Of a stretch of 64,000 nt of DNA, positions 1 to 13,647 are shown piece after piece. The stretch is taken from contig NW_027266330.1 of assembly GCF_022045235.1 (NCBI RefSeq), positions 36,642,001 through 36,706,000 on the forward strand. Reading direction: 5' to 3'. The translations under genes and the position numbers were made by a program. The notes under the pieces are model-generated. The model ran no database searches and was not told the DNA's origin. It saw only the letters and a program-made list of their open reading frames with translations. Source of the stretch: Haliotis cracherodii. Lineage: Eukaryota. The first letter of the stretch is position 1; each line of letters begins with the position of its first letter.

Positions 1-263
1 CCTTTCATAGTCTGGTCTGGAATCTGGACCTGTGATATCTCGATCATCGCAAACCGACCCTGTCAGATATCGATGTTCTACCCAGTGTAAATAATGTGTT
101 TAGATTGTACAAACAACCCCAGCGCATTGCTTTTGCCATAAAATAGAGTCCTAACCATGTTTTGAATTGTGTTAATAATATAAACACGTTCTGATAAAAA
201 ATATGTCCAGAAAATCGAGGTTTGGCGTTAGAACATTTCACAGTTTTGGCAACATCATGAATA

Positions 264-398
264 GATGTCAGCTTCTTTATTATGAGGATGATTCGGAATA
301 TATGCTTCATCACTTGAAGGAGGAGGCATATATTCTGATGAAGGAGTAAGCATCTACTCCGAAACGTGTGTGTTCCTCATAATAAAGAAGCTGACATC
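264..398 (+). ncRNA. Penelope-type minimal hammerhead ribozyme relic inside a 25-bp perfect inverted repeat
   Basis: CTGATGA (335-341), A, stem II GGAGTA/TACTCC, GAAAC-GT; possible stem I gaggcatatat/gtgtgttcctc; AATAAA at 381; 264-288 is the exact reverse complement of 374-398. The cleavage triplet looks damaged. Confidence 0.7.
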
Positions 399-473
399 CA
401 CACATATTCTCTCTCTCATGTCTGTCACTTCTAAATGCCATTCAAAGACTTAATGTGGTAAAGTACCCGTGTA

Positions 474-698
474 GACCCATGAAGATCAGAATTAGAATAC
501 GTCTTCAGCAACCCATGCTTGTAACAGGCGACTAACGGGATTTGGCTGACTTGGTTGATGCATGTCATCGTATCCCAATTGCGTGGATCGATGCTCGTGA
601 TATCAATCAGAGGAGTGTCTGGTTCAGACTCGATTATATACAGACCGCCGTCATCTAGCTGGAATATTGCTGAGTGCAGTGTTAAACAAACTAACAAT
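474..698 (+). mobile_element. SINE-like retroposon family C (no tRNA head, structured 5' module, shared LINE-like tail)
   Basis: acccatgaagatc...aacccatgcttg...ggcgactaacggg head; tail gctggaatattgctgagtgcagtgttaaacaa; degenerate TSD agtacccgtgta/agtatctatgta; homologous to 17030, 19073, 20500, 39045, 39948. Confidence 0.85.
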
Positions 699-1214
699 AG
701 TATCTATGTAACGATTTATGGGTCAAACACCCAGTCCAAGCTTCACAACAGACCAGCATCAACACAAATGACCTTCAAATGAAAATGTGCCATATCAAAT
801 ACTAATTTCAATTAATCATGAAACCTGTCTGGGGTACAAGACTCCCAAAGATCCATTTGCACCTAATCCCACAGCCGGGGGCCAACGCACAATGATCGAC
901 AGGCAAAGGTTGCGTTATTTAAATCAACAAAGAGTCACAGCGTTCCATATCTGGTAAACTTGCTGAGAGGTGAGTTTGAACAGGATTGACTTAACTGGTA
1001 TTGAGATGCTCTGGCAGACTTTTGCGATGGTATTACTGCCAAAACTAAATGCAATAAATGATCGATGTTGGGACAATGGCAACATGCCAGGCAGAATATA
1101 CGGCAAGGAGGGATGGAAGGTTAATAGAGAGACGCCGCCAGCACTGCGAACTCCTGAGGGAGATTTGGAGAGCAGTGGGCCCGATACTGCAGAGCTCATA
1201 CATGGATAAAGCTG

Positions 1215-1760
1215 TTCCAGCACCTTTGGCCGTGCTAGAGTGGCGAGGGACCACCTGTGTAGGTATGCGAGATAACGCTGGTCGAGCACCTGCGGGAGTG
1301 CCAGAGTGCCGTGGGTGGACATTGCCATTACCAGGGCTAACGTTGGTCTAGAACCGACGGGACACAATTGCATACATCATTGATAGTGGTGTTCGAGAGC
1401 CATTGGGAGTGCTGGAGTGGCGATGTACTACAATTGCATATATATATTAATGTTAGTTGAGTGCGTTGGGGTGAGTTGGAGCGTCCAGGGGCTGAAGTGC
1501 ATATATCATTGATAACGTTATTCGAGCACCTTTGGGAGCGTCGATGTACTACAATTGCATATATATCTTTGAGTACCTTCGGCGAGTAAGATCGTCGATG
1601 TTCCACAATTGCGTATGCCATAGACAACGTTAGTCGAGAGTCTTGGGGTGACTTCGAAATACTACCATTATGTATAAATAATTGCAATCGACATCCTGGG
1701 GGAGTGCGAGAGGTCCAAGGGGTCACCATAGCGTATGCCACAGACAAAGCTGACCGTGGC
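1215..1760. repeat. Degenerate ~55-65-bp tandem repeat
   Basis: Recurring tcgagcacc..gggag..cgatgtactacaattgcatat motifs. Confidence 0.5.
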
Positions 1761-2136
1761 GTCAAGGGTCGTTATCCGCACCGCGCGCATAAATTTCATG
1801 ACCACAATCAAAACACAAGTGAAAACACATTGTCTCCAGAACATTGAAAACAATAAGCAACAATGACTAGCCTCTGGACTCCGATCTGATCGACGTGAAG
1901 GCTTCTGTACAACCCGTCCTGCAGAGTATCGATGTTAGATTTGTGTTAGACATGCAAATCCACTTACCCTGGGTTACACCGGTCCTCACATACAGACTCG
2001 AGTGCTTGTTTATGTAAAACAACACATAACAATAGCCGGTAATTTGTATTGATACAAACACAGAGGGCTTGAGTAGGGTCAGATGAAATCGATGTCGCCT
2101 GGCCCGTTCTACAGTGTAACTGCATGTGTACAGGCG

Positions 2137-2299
2137 TGAGTGAGTGAATACGGTTTTACGCCGCGTTTAGCAATATTCCAGCGATGTCACTGCGGGGGAC
2201 ACAGAAATTGGCTTCACACATTATACCCGTGTCGGGATTCGAATTGGGTCTTCGGTCTGACGAGGGAACGCTGTAACCACAAGGCTACCCGACCACCCC
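2137..2299 (-). mobile_element. tRNA-derived SINE family A
   Basis: Reverse complement of the 2998 element; (GAGT)n tail; caggcg on both flanks. Confidence 0.85.
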
Positions 2300-2997
2300 C
2301 AGGCGATGAAGAGATCACTCAAAACTGCTGTCAACTCTCTGTAGTCCGGACCCCTGTAATCCACACACCCCACTATCGGGTCGCTTACTACTGGCAACGT
2401 GTATAACTTGTTCATCTGAAAACCCCTTAATCAGGAATATTTAAGCCGCATTAACGGAGATTAGTGAATACAATTTAACCCTTTAACACGAAGTCCACCG
2501 AACCATCGACAATACATCGAGCTGGCCATTGTTCGAGATAAGTGAAGCGCCGTTATTAATCAGTAGTACGAAGCATCTTTTGTCGGCGCCATCATGTGAA
2601 ATCATCCTATGAGATACACTGATAAAGTAATTCGAGAGAGCAAGGTTTCACTGAAATGCGAATCGTTTAGAAAAGGTCCTATACAGCGAAACCTTTATAA
2701 TAAGGACGGTATCACTAACAATGATATCGTGCGGGCTAATGGGTTACCGGATTAACAAATAAAGGATTAACGAATTATGGGTTCGTCTTTTTCATAACAT
2801 GCTGAACAAAATAGGCAAGGGATCATGAATAATAATGGGATATTTTTTTGCATTATTGACTAAGCCCACAATTTCATAAAAATATAAATGACGCTCCCTT
2901 TTGTTGGATACAGAATATTTTGTTGGTCACTCCACCAGGACTACAATTTGTATCTGTAAAATGGGGAGGTAGACAATTGTTGTCTCATATATTTTCA

Positions 2998-3164
2998 GGG
3001 GCGGTCGGGTAGCCTAGTAGTTCAAGCGTTTGCTCGTCACGCCGAAGACCCGGGTTTGATTCCCCACATGGGTACAATGTGTGAAGCCCATTTGTGGTGT
3101 CCCCCGACGTGATATTGCTGGAATATTGCTAAAAGCGGCGTAAATCCTTACTCACTCACTCACT
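2998..3164 (+). mobile_element. tRNA-derived SINE family A (tRNA-Asp-like head)
   Basis: A box tagcctagtagtt, GTC anticodon-like loop, B box ggtttgattccc, tail gatattgctggaatattgctaaaagcggcgtaaa+(ACTC)n; TSD ctcatRtattttcagg. Confidence 0.9.
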
Positions 3165-5056
3165 CATGTATTTTCAGGACATCTAGCATTATCCAGGGTA
3201 CACTATTGAGAACAATGAGGCAAAATGATCAATTATTCAATTATGTTTGTATCTGCATCATTGCGGTTGAGAAACTATATTTGTTAACGTTGTTTCTGTC
3301 ATTAGCATTGAACACGACAACTGGATGAAATATTGCCCTTCCGCCTCACAGAACAATACGGCAACTTGTTTAGCAATCAACTCATATTACCCCGCAAATC
3401 TATTTTAATTCAAAAGTTTATTCGCTTTGCGATGTAATGATCGCTTTAAAAAAACCAAGGAAATGACAGAGTTACAATAAAGCAAATAAAGCAATCAATA
3501 CTGGAATTACTTTATTAAGTTCTTGTCTCTTATAAAATCAAGTGCTAATGCCGTAAGCGATGATAAGTTCACCAGAGATACGCTAACTCGGACTGAAATA
3601 GCTCATGGCCGAATGTTTAAAAACAGAAGCAAAGTATTAACGAATAGACGTTTACGATTTCATTTCTTATTGATTGAGTGTCAGCTAGATCAAAGCGATA
3701 GTTGTACGCTATAAATCACTACTAGCACACGGGTGTGTGACTCACCTATGGGAAAATCACTTTTACAATTCATCCTCGACTATCAAGGGTTTTATATTTC
3801 ACTGCTACTGATAAATACCCCGAAGCCACCCGCCACCATAGCGTGTTTTCCAAAGTGACGTCACCACCTCCATATCTTGGTTTGCACGGAATTTCTCTCG
3901 CTGATGAGTGTAATTGCATTGAAAGAAACACTGTAGCGTCTTCAAAACGGCCCCAAAACGAGGCTATGGAAGCGAATGGGTCCAGGGTACTTAATAAGAT
4001 AAATGAATTATGCCGCTGATAAACGAGGATGATTCCAAATGGTAATAAAGTCCTTGATGTACTAAAATGGTCAATGATATAATATAATAATAAAGAGGTG
4101 ATCGGACCGGGGAAAACAGTGGTCGAGAATATGAGCTTCGAATCAAGCCTGCGTACGATGCGATATAACGGGATCACACATGTTTGTGAAGATAGTGGCG
4201 TTGCTTGAGTTGGTGGGTTCGCTGTGTTGAGGGTTGTTGACCACCATTGAGGCAGGTCGATTAACCTGGTACTGTGTTGTGTGTTCCACCTGAACGATAT
4301 GCCTTAAGATTTACGTTGAGCAAACGACACATGGCGCTGTGGATAGAGCGCTGCAATTAGATGGAAGAGTTGCTTCCCCTAGCCGCACCAGGATCAAACA
4401 TCCCCCTACCCCCATCTATGACCTTGGTTTTCCCTAAGTTGTTGCACATTCCAGTAGGGTCAGGACCTCACACAAATATCTCCTCGACTCGTCTCGAAAG
4501 GAGCTGTTTGTTGACAGAGGTGAGACGAACAAAAACATCCTATCTGGAACATAGCATTGTCTTCACGACTATATTTAATGCACGAATCACTGCCAAGACG
4601 TCAAGCGGACTTGATATGCAAACCAAAAACCCGTCGGTAATCGTTTTACAACAGCAAAATGCCGTTAAAATACCTATCACGAATTCCCGTCAGTCTGTTC
4701 TACCGAGGTAATGGTAAAAAGGTTCAGTTTGTATAATCATAAACTGCTTTGTGCGAAGCGTCAGAGCAACACCACTGATGCTGGCGGGGCTCGCGTATAC
4801 AAAACACAGCACGAACAACAACACTGACTCACATAAGCGGCGGCGAACATAGCACAAGTACTGTCAGCGTTCCATGGATGCTTCATCCACCAACATCAGT
4901 AACCGAAGCATACCGTTACAATGTTAATTACCGCGCGAACTGATAGGAATATGGTTATGAAGATATTAGAGAGTCTCCGAGCCACCTAGTGCCAGGCGCT
5001 TGTACTGAGTATAGTTTGGCACTGCCCAGCAATATCAAGATGGACCCAAGCAATAG

Positions 5057-5143
5057 GCTCCACATTTTGTACCCCTGACGGGAATTGAACCAGGGACTTC
5101 GGCGTGACGAGCGGACGCTTTACCTGCTAGGCTAGCCCGTCGC
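5057..5143 (-). mobile_element. SINE family A, head fragment
   Basis: gaattgaaccagggacttcggcgtgacgagcggacgcttt matches the family A head. Confidence 0.7.
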
Positions 5144-5539
5144 CAACACGGCGTTGTGAACGTCAGTGATGGTGTTGTGGATACGTTACAGCGAAGAACG
5201 TATTTGTGCCATATTTGTATTGAAATATATATTTTGGTTTTCTTCATATGGTCGACGCGACCATGAAGCCCGCTGGTCGCTATTCTCGCCCCCCAGGGCC
5301 ATTAAAGGGCCACTATGCTCCACCGTCTTTCTCCTGTTTCAAGTCTAGTTGCAGTTGTTGTGTGTATAAATTCGACAGTCACACCCTGTAATAGGGGTAA
5401 TTGGTGGATGTACATCGTAAAATTTAATTAAGCAGGCAGTTGAAATGGCGTTTAATCAGTCAATCATGCAAGGACTACCAATTTGCCAGAGTCTAGTCCA
5501 ACTTTAACACTGTACTGACAAATCTTAGACGGTACTAAC

Positions 5540-5641
5540 GAGCGAGCGAATATGCTTATACGTCGCCTTTAGTGGGGAATCAAATCCAGGCCTTCGGCGT
5601 GACGAGCAAATGCTTTAACCACTAGGCTACCACACCGCCCC
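5540..5641 (-). mobile_element. SINE family A, internally deleted
   Basis: ttcggcgtgacgagcaaatgctttaaccactaggctaccacaccgccc. Confidence 0.7.
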
Positions 5642-5872
5642 TAGACGGTAATAGGAACACACCATCAATATATAATTTGGCCAAAGACAACTATCTAGAC
5701 TGCAAACAATTGGAGCAATAACAAACTCCAAAACATTCCAAAAGTAAAAACCTGTTCTTGAACACAAACAACTGGAAAAGATACGAGAATGTCATGTTCT
5801 TCTGGAACCGCCATAAAACAAGGGGGTCCCGCTATAACGCTGGTGCTAATTCTACGCTTCCCTAGCGTAGTG

Positions 5873-6044
5873 CTAGACTTGCAAAAGTCTCGTAGGCAAA
5901 AAGTAGCATTGTCATGATTTCTAGATTATATTTACAATAATAACAAGTTGTCCGCCCCAAAAGACGTCATTAAACTGACCGCATATCTAGACTTGCCTTA
6001 CACCCATGGACTTATAATTCAGCACGGCCTTGGAGCAAGGGTAG
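5873..6044. mobile_element. Short Helentron/HINE-like non-autonomous element, copy 1
   Basis: ctagacttgc...aacaagttgtcc...tatctagacttgcc...gccttggagcaagggtag; homologous to 9440 and 50715. Confidence 0.55.
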
Positions 6045-6499
6045 TGTCGTACGTCCATGGTCGTACGTCCATGGTCGTACCTCTCTGGACACACCGACCC
6101 CTCCCTCCCCTATCCCCAACACCCCATCAACCTTAATTAACCGTTACTCCACCTTTGTACTTACCAACGTCAAGGCACTATTTTAACAACAGTCTGACGG
6201 TGATTTGATTTTGTTCGGTGGTAAATCTACCCATTGATTTTCTGACAGAGCCTGGTGTAAACACGATCTACAACTACAATCATGGACCTTGTTGATCGGC
6301 CTCCTATGTACATGCACGGCGTGGAGATACGTGTTCCAAGTCTCCGACTGCGACGCTGTACTTTCAAATCTATTATTACATTGCGGGACCACGGAGAGTG
6401 AGTGAAGTGGCTCATAGGAGTTAGTGTCTCTTATACTGAAACATCTCACTTACCACGCGCCTCGGTGCACTGCCTTCATCTCTACTTGAAATCTGTGCA

Positions 6500-7828
6500 C
6501 AGTATTCTACACGTAATCCACGACACCTTACATTCTTTGTACACGGCTCAACACGTAACTTCTTTACTTTAAACTTTTGAGATAATTACCCATATACAGT
6601 ATTCTACATGTAAACCATGACACCTTACGTTCTTTGTACACATCTCCACACTTCACTTTTTTACGTGAAACTTTTGAGATAATTACCCATATACAGTAAA
6701 CTACACGTAAACCATGACACCTTACGTTCTTTGTACACGTCTCAACACGTAACTTCTTTACGTGAAACTTTTGAGATAACTTCTTATATAGAGTATTCTA
6801 CATGTAAACCATGACACCTTACGTTCTTTGTACACATCTCCACACGTAACTTCTTTACTTGAAACTTTTGAGATAATTACCCATATACAGTAAACTACAC
6901 GTAAACCATGACACCTTACATTCTTTGTACACGGCTCAACACGTAACTTCTTTACGTGAAACTTTTGAAATAATTACTTATATACAGTATTCTACATGTA
7001 AACCATGACACCTTACGTTCTTTGTACACATCTCCACATGTAACTTCTTTACGTTAAACTTTTGAGATAACTACTTATATACAGTATTCTACATGTAAAC
7101 CATGACACCTTACGTTCTTTGTACACGTCTCAACACGTAACTTCTTTACTTTAAACTTTTGAGATAATTACCCATATACAGTAAACTACACGTAAACCAC
7201 GACACCTTACGTTCTTTGTACACGTCTCAACAACGTAACTTCTTTACGTGAGACGTTTCAGATAATTACCCATATACAGTAAACTTAACGTAAACCATGA
7301 CACCTTACGTTCTTTGTACACGGCTCAACACGTAACTTCTTTACGTGAAACTTTTGAGATAATTACCCATATACAGTAAACTACACGTAAACCACGACAC
7401 CTTACGTTCTTTGTACACGTCTCAACAACGTAACTTCTTTACGTGAGACGTTTCAGATAATTACCCATATACAGTAAACTTAACGTAAACCATGACACCT
7501 TACGTTCTTTGTACACGTATCAACACGTAACTTCTTTACGTGAGACGTTTCAGATAATTACCCATATACAGTAAACTTAACGTAAACCATGACACCTTAC
7601 GTTCTTTGTACACGTATCAACACGTAACTTCTTTACGTGAAACTTTTGAGATAATTACCCATATACAATATTCTACATGTAAACCATGACACCTTACGTT
7701 CTTTGTACACGTCTCAACACGTAACTTCTTTACGTGAAACTTTTGAGATAATTACCCATATACAATATTCTACATGTAAACCATGACACCTTACGTTCTT
7801 TGTACACGTCTCAACATGTAACTTTTCT
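6500..7828. repeat. 97-bp satellite, ~13.5 copies
   Basis: Unit cagtaWWctacaYgtaaaccatgacaccttacgttctttgtacac...ccatata recurs at 6500, 6597, 6694 and onward. Confidence 0.95.
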
Positions 7829-8511
7829 AGAAGACTACAGACTCTTCTTAACTTGGTACAGTTACGTCAGCATGTATATTCTGAGCAGAGCGTGTTAATA
7901 TTTTGATCCGGTGGGAAGGTAAGGAACTCGCTGGAGATGCGGTTCTCTTGTCACAATTCAGAACTTTTCTTGTTGAAGGTGCGAAAGTAATCACCCCGCT
8001 ATGTAATAACTCCCAAACAGCCAATCTAAGCTTATACATAATATATGAATAGCATGTTGAGGGGAAAAAACTACAAACGTTAGTTTTTACATATTTCACA
8101 GTGAAACAAATATGAGACGCGAGTGGAATGCAAACGCCGTTAGACGTCCTACCGTAGATTCTCCAATACCATACATTGCCATGCAGAAAACAGAAATGGT
8201 AATTCGATGGTTATGTAATTGATACGGGTATCACAGTTGTGGTTTGTGACTACGTTTGCGCCTTTTTTAGTCCAGTAACGTTTTGATAACGGTTTCATAA
8301 TTTTTTGTCAAATGCGATTTCCATGTGTATACTTCCTTTTGCCCGGCAGTGTACCAGTATACAGTAATACCGGATTTCCTCCATCAAATCTGCTGTTTTA
8401 AGTGATCAGTTGTAAACAACGTAGCATGAGCTGATGTCTTCATTGTCGTCACTGATGCAGCAGCATCAGCAGCATCTGTGTTAGACAGCAGACACAGCGA
8501 CTCCCCGTAAT

Positions 8512-8732
8512 GCGCCGCGATTCGCTATGCAGAGTTGCGTCCCTTTGGCACGCCAGAAACCTATGAGTGTGGGTTCGAATCTCGGATCGCCCCGATTATG
8601 TTTCTAGGTTTGTCAGCACCATACCCGTGCTCGTGGGTTTTACCTGCATCACTTCGGGCTTTCCTCCCACATTAAGCTGACGCGATATAACTTGAAAAGC
8701 GGCGTTAAACCCAACACACTCACTCACTCACT
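8512..8732 (+). mobile_element. SINE family B (V-SINE-like), partial
   Basis: B box gggttcgaatctc, cgtgggttt...ttcgggctttcctcccac, (ACTC)n tail. Confidence 0.8.
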
Positions 8733-9423
8733 CCCCGTTATGAACTCACTGGCTGGCTGGGAGAGAATATCTAAGACTGCTCACATTTGCGACAGATGTC
8801 TGTCTGGTGCGATGAAAGCTGCACCGATGACCCCATAAACCCTCTACAACATATGCATATCAATCAGAATCTCAGTCACCACCGACAATCCCTCCCCTTC
8901 CTCTAACCAACACGTGGGCAGCACACGTTACCGTGCGTCTAACGGCAGTTCCCATTGGTGGACCTCAGGCTCTTCAACAAGCGGTGTGCGGAGTTAGCAT
9001 ACAACACAGCCAATACAATACCACTTGTCAGGTTGCTACTCCAAACACTGCATGGAGTGACGAAAAGTGCGTCTTCTGTACGGAGTAGATGTCGGTTCGG
9101 AGTAGATGCGTATAGTCTGCATATGTTTAACATGCATGTGCATATTTGATAAGATATAATCGGCATACAATGTGTATTTTTCAGTTCTCATCGTGTCTGT
9201 TGCAGCTGCCAGACACATCAATTATAAACATTAATGGATGCTGGTTTGACGCTATCTCAAAGTCTTTAACTGTTTGACTCTGTTTGACAGGACAAGTCAG
9301 ATGGGTTACGATGTACTGCGCTATTGCGAAGAACACAAGGTCCCCGTTTCACAATGCGATCGAAGCGTCACGACAATCGTAATTCTATGCAGCACGACCG
9401 AAAGCAATACGCCAGTTATAACA

Positions 9424-9740
9424 GGGGGCACGAGTGGCCCTAGACTTGCACAAGATTAGGTAAATAATAAGAACGTGTTGTCCCTATGTGAGACCGGAGT
9501 CCTTGCTGTCCACATATCTAGACTTGCCTAATAGGAGGATAGAGTTACTACACATTCATGGACTTATCTTTCAGTACAGCCTTGGAGCAAGGCCGTGCTC
9601 GTGGGTTTCACCGAAGTGGTAAACGTCTGAGACCTGCACCACTTCGGGCTTTCCTCCCACATTAAGCTGACACGCCGTGATATAACTGGAATACTGTTAA
9701 AAACGGCGTTAAACCCAACTCACTCACTCACTCAGTCACT
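9424..9740 (+). mobile_element. SINE family B with its interior replaced by the Helentron-like element (9440-9593)
   Basis: Head gggggcacgagtggccc, then foreign sequence, then resumes at ccgtgctcgtgggtttcaccg. Confidence 0.75.
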
Positions 9741-10689
9741 CCCTTCGGGCTTGCCTCCCACATCATCTGACACCCCGTGATGTAACATGAATACAGTTGA
9801 AAGCGGCTTTGAACCAAACTCAAAGCAGATATACTATGTAGTCAAGTCTTGTCTACATAAACAAGAGGTTGCATATGATCTCGGCTTTAAACCCGCCTCT
9901 TGCAACCGATCGTGCCAGGGGATATCCACGGGGAGATAACTCCATGCACCCAACATGCCCCTCCTTGTCCAATGTGGTTAGTCCATTCATGCGCGTCACT
10001 AATCAGACGCTGTCTTACATCTGTTATACGTATGTAGCAATACTTTTGTATTCATGTGTGAATGATGTACGCTGACTACAGCACGTCCCGGGACCCAAGG
10101 CAACAGGGGAGAGGGTGGGTAGATGTAAGATATATACAAACATACGTTCTGTAAACAAAGCCACGTGCGAGTGGTGCAATCTTGCGGGTATTCACGCGCA
10201 CACACGGGGGTCTCCGACTGATGCCTGCCAAGGATCGCAGGAAAAGGATAAGATTTTAATCTGCTAACGAATTCAAATTAACTTCAAGGTGACGTTGACT
10301 TTAATGATCTAGCACAGCTGCTTAAGATAAACTTACTTCCACATACGAGTGTGTCTCTTGAAATTAATATAAAGATGGCATGGTCCTGCCAAGCGCGACC
10401 TGAGACGTCTTGTGTTAAACATATAGTCTTCCTGACCCCGTGTGATTTGCGTTCATCGCGAGAGCATCTACATATTTACATCCCATGTTCTTTTGTCTAC
10501 TTCCTCTGATCCGCTGAGACACGGACATGGTTAGTGGTCAAGCCACGAGGAAAGAACGCGGACCTAGATGACCAGATGAGCACGGACATACCTGGAAGCC
10601 AGGGCAGTGCGGTCATACAGGTAACACAACTGTAATTACAGGTTACAGTATTCGTGTACAAAACTACAGGTTACAGGTCATGTACGTAC

Positions 10690-12130
10690 TGACAATACTT
10701 TCAATGAAACAACACGCAATCCAAATACTCTAAATGACACAATACGCAATCCCAATACTCTAAAAGACACTACACGCAATCCCAATACTCTAAAAAACAC
10801 TTCAAGCAATCCCAATACTCCAAATGACACAATACGCAATCCCAATACTCTACAAAACACTTCACGCAATCTCAATACTCTAAATGACTCTACACGCAAT
10901 CCCAATACTCTAAAAGACACTACACGCAATCCCAATACTCTAAAAAACACTACACGCAGTCCCAATACTCTAAATGGTACTACACGCAATGGCAATACTC
11001 TAAAAAGATACTACGATTTTATTCCACTTGCAGCGACAATACACATTAATGCTACACGCAATAGCCACACACTATAGCACTACAGACAATGACACTGCGC
11101 GTTAATACTAACGCAATGACAATACTCTTTTATATACAACGCACAATGTCAATACTTCCCAGTGACACTGCGTGAAATAACATCTGCTTATATCAAGTCC
11201 TACACGCAATGGCACAACACGTTAAAATGGGAATACAAAGCGGTGTAATAGTACGCGCTGTGACACTACTCTAAGTACCACTACAGGCAATGAGAATACA
11301 CTTTAATACTACATGCATGACAATACATTTTAATGATATATGCATGATAATACCCATTAATACTATATGCAAATGAAATACGCATTAATACTACGCGAAA
11401 TGGCAATACGCTTAATAGTACACGCAATGACAATTCTCTAAATGACGCTACATGCAATGAAAATACACTTTAATACTATTTGCAAAGGAAACACTTTAAT
11501 TCTACGCGAAGTGACAATACGCTTAATAGTACACGCAATGACAATTCTCTTAATGCCGCTACATGCAATGAAAATACACTTCATTACAATATGCAAAGGT
11601 AACACTTTAATTCTATGCGAATTGACAATACAACAGTACACGCAATGACAATACTCATAATGACACCATAAGAAATGGCAATACGCTTCAGTACTATAAT
11701 CTATACGCGGAGTGACAATTAATCTTTAATTCTACAGGCAATGACAATTCTCTAAATGGCGCTACAAGCAATCGCAATACACTGCAATACCATATGCAAG
11801 GACAATACACTCTACTAGTACACACAGTAGCAATCAATATGCCTTATTACGACACGAATTGGCAGTACGCTTCAATACTACACGCAATGATAATACGTTT
11901 GAATTCTACAAGCATTGGCCATACATATAAATACTACCCTCGGTGCCTATAGGATGCCATCGATCGACAGTGACTATACACTATGATGCTAATCTTCATG
12001 CCAATATATCATATACTTCAATAATACGTCATGGTTTGATACGCTGTGATACTGGCAGACACGGCAATACGCTATAATGATAACGGCAGAGAAATACGCT
12101 GTTATAGGTGCAATAAAACTACAATCTATT
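10690..12130. repeat. 30-bp minisatellite (cccaatactctaaaagacactacacgcaat), homogeneous to ~11005 then decaying
   Basis: Exact 30-bp period at 10751-11000; acgcaatgacaatac core persists to ~12100. Confidence 0.9.
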
Positions 12131-12886
12131 ATTGGCACGATACCTTATGGGTATACAAATGCATACAAATATGTTAGTCTGCATTAAACTAAAACGTGGA
12201 ATACCCACCTAAGAAAGCGTGTGTACGTTACCATACACCAGGAATACACTCGCCCATACTACACGTGTAAACACACGCATACGTACCAGACAGGAATACA
12301 CACATATAAACACAAAATAGACACAGGAAGATACACACATGCACATACACCCATATAAAAAACATACACTTAGCACAAATACACACGTGAATACATTGGA
12401 CTGGTGTAGATGAGAGTATTTGAATTGGTGGTGATTAGTGAATTGTTGTAATAGCATTGATTGAAATCTATTTCTGTACCTATTCACTTTAGGCAATGTT
12501 GTGAAATGAAGTTTCTGTGATGCAGTTTGGAGCTTAGCTTTCATGATGAGATCGACACACTGCTATCAGATGCTGTGTGCAGTATCAATGCCTCTCTACG
12601 TCCCGATTGTGTATACGTAGAAACAGACCAGAACGATCACGTTTCCTACTTAACCCCTCGTTGTTGTATATAATCAAGAAGTTGGCACTCAACAATACAT
12701 CGGCCAATCTGCAGCATATTCAATACAAGAAACACAGTCATTCTCCCGTCATTCAATATCTCGGAGACTAGGCAATATCGTGTCTTAGCTTCCCCGAGGT
12801 TTAAATGGATCGCGGGTTGTGGTTTAACACTGCTAATCAATAATGAGCTCTGAGGATTTGGTTACAATGTATAAGATATTCCTTAC

Positions 12887-12988
12887 CATTCCATCCGAGC
12901 TCGAAGCTACGTTGTCTTGTGCTGTATCCGAACCAGCAAGAAACATCACCAACACTGTCAGTGTCCACGCCGTCCCCTCGGCGTTCAT
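12887..12988 (-). CDS. Probable first coding exon of a secreted or membrane protein (MNAEGTAWTLTVLVMFLAGSDTAQDNVASSSDGM)
   Basis: ATG at 12988, hydrophobic core WTLTVLVMFLAG, signal-peptide-like; strong donor ATG|gtaagg; CpG-rich non-repetitive leader upstream. Product not identified. Confidence 0.5.
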
Positions 12989-12999
12989 GACGAGAGACT

Positions 13000-13620
13000 A
13001 CACCACCCGATGTCGATGTCGTCACCAGCTGCCTCTACCACCACACCCGGCAGCCAGCACACACACGCACCCTGATGTCGCCGGCAGTTAGGGTAGGTAG
13101 GAACACACCCCTCTCTCACCGGCCTCTCTCGAGTATAGCACCCTGCACTTCCAAGGTTAGCGAGAACTTACAACTCCCTTCCTCGAGCCGTTATCCGTCC
13201 TGTGAGGGAAAACAGACACGTATAGCACACACGGGAGCTTCACGTCGCTGTCAGCTGGCACCGTTGTTGCTGTGGGGAGAGAGCGGCGGTGTACGCGAGC
13301 CCGAATCCAGAATCCAGAATCTCATCTACCGTCTTGAAACCAACTTCGCCTCTCGACCGCCAGCCACTGTTAAAAGCGAGACCTGCTTGCGCTTGCTAAA
13401 TAATTCATATACGGGGAATGTAATTTCTGTGTGGCCCGGCACACAAGAAATAAGTAATTGCTGTATAGGGATAGATGGAGCGAATGTTTTCCGCGAGACG
13501 AGCTGTGTAGCGCTCTAACTGCCCAGTGCTCGCCGCGCGAAGAGGGAAGAACCCACCGCTGCTTGTCGTCTGCTCCCGTGGTAGTTCAGCCTTCCTCTTC
13601 CTCGTCGTAGGGACTCTATG
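13000..13620 (-). promoter_or_regulatory. CpG-rich putative promoter/5' UTR of the minus-strand gene
   Basis: Repeat-free, GC/CpG-enriched stretch directly upstream of the 12988 ATG. Confidence 0.35.
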
Positions 13621-13647
13621 AAGCTGTGTCTCTCACTCCAAACTTAC

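Noticed and set aside
970-1209. 79-aa ORF with IEMLW (Tc1 IENLW-like)
   Set aside because: No other transposase motifs or TIRs
3901-3930. Second hammerhead-like CTGATGA...GAAA
   Set aside because: Stem II does not pair in register and there is no stem I/III or cleavage site
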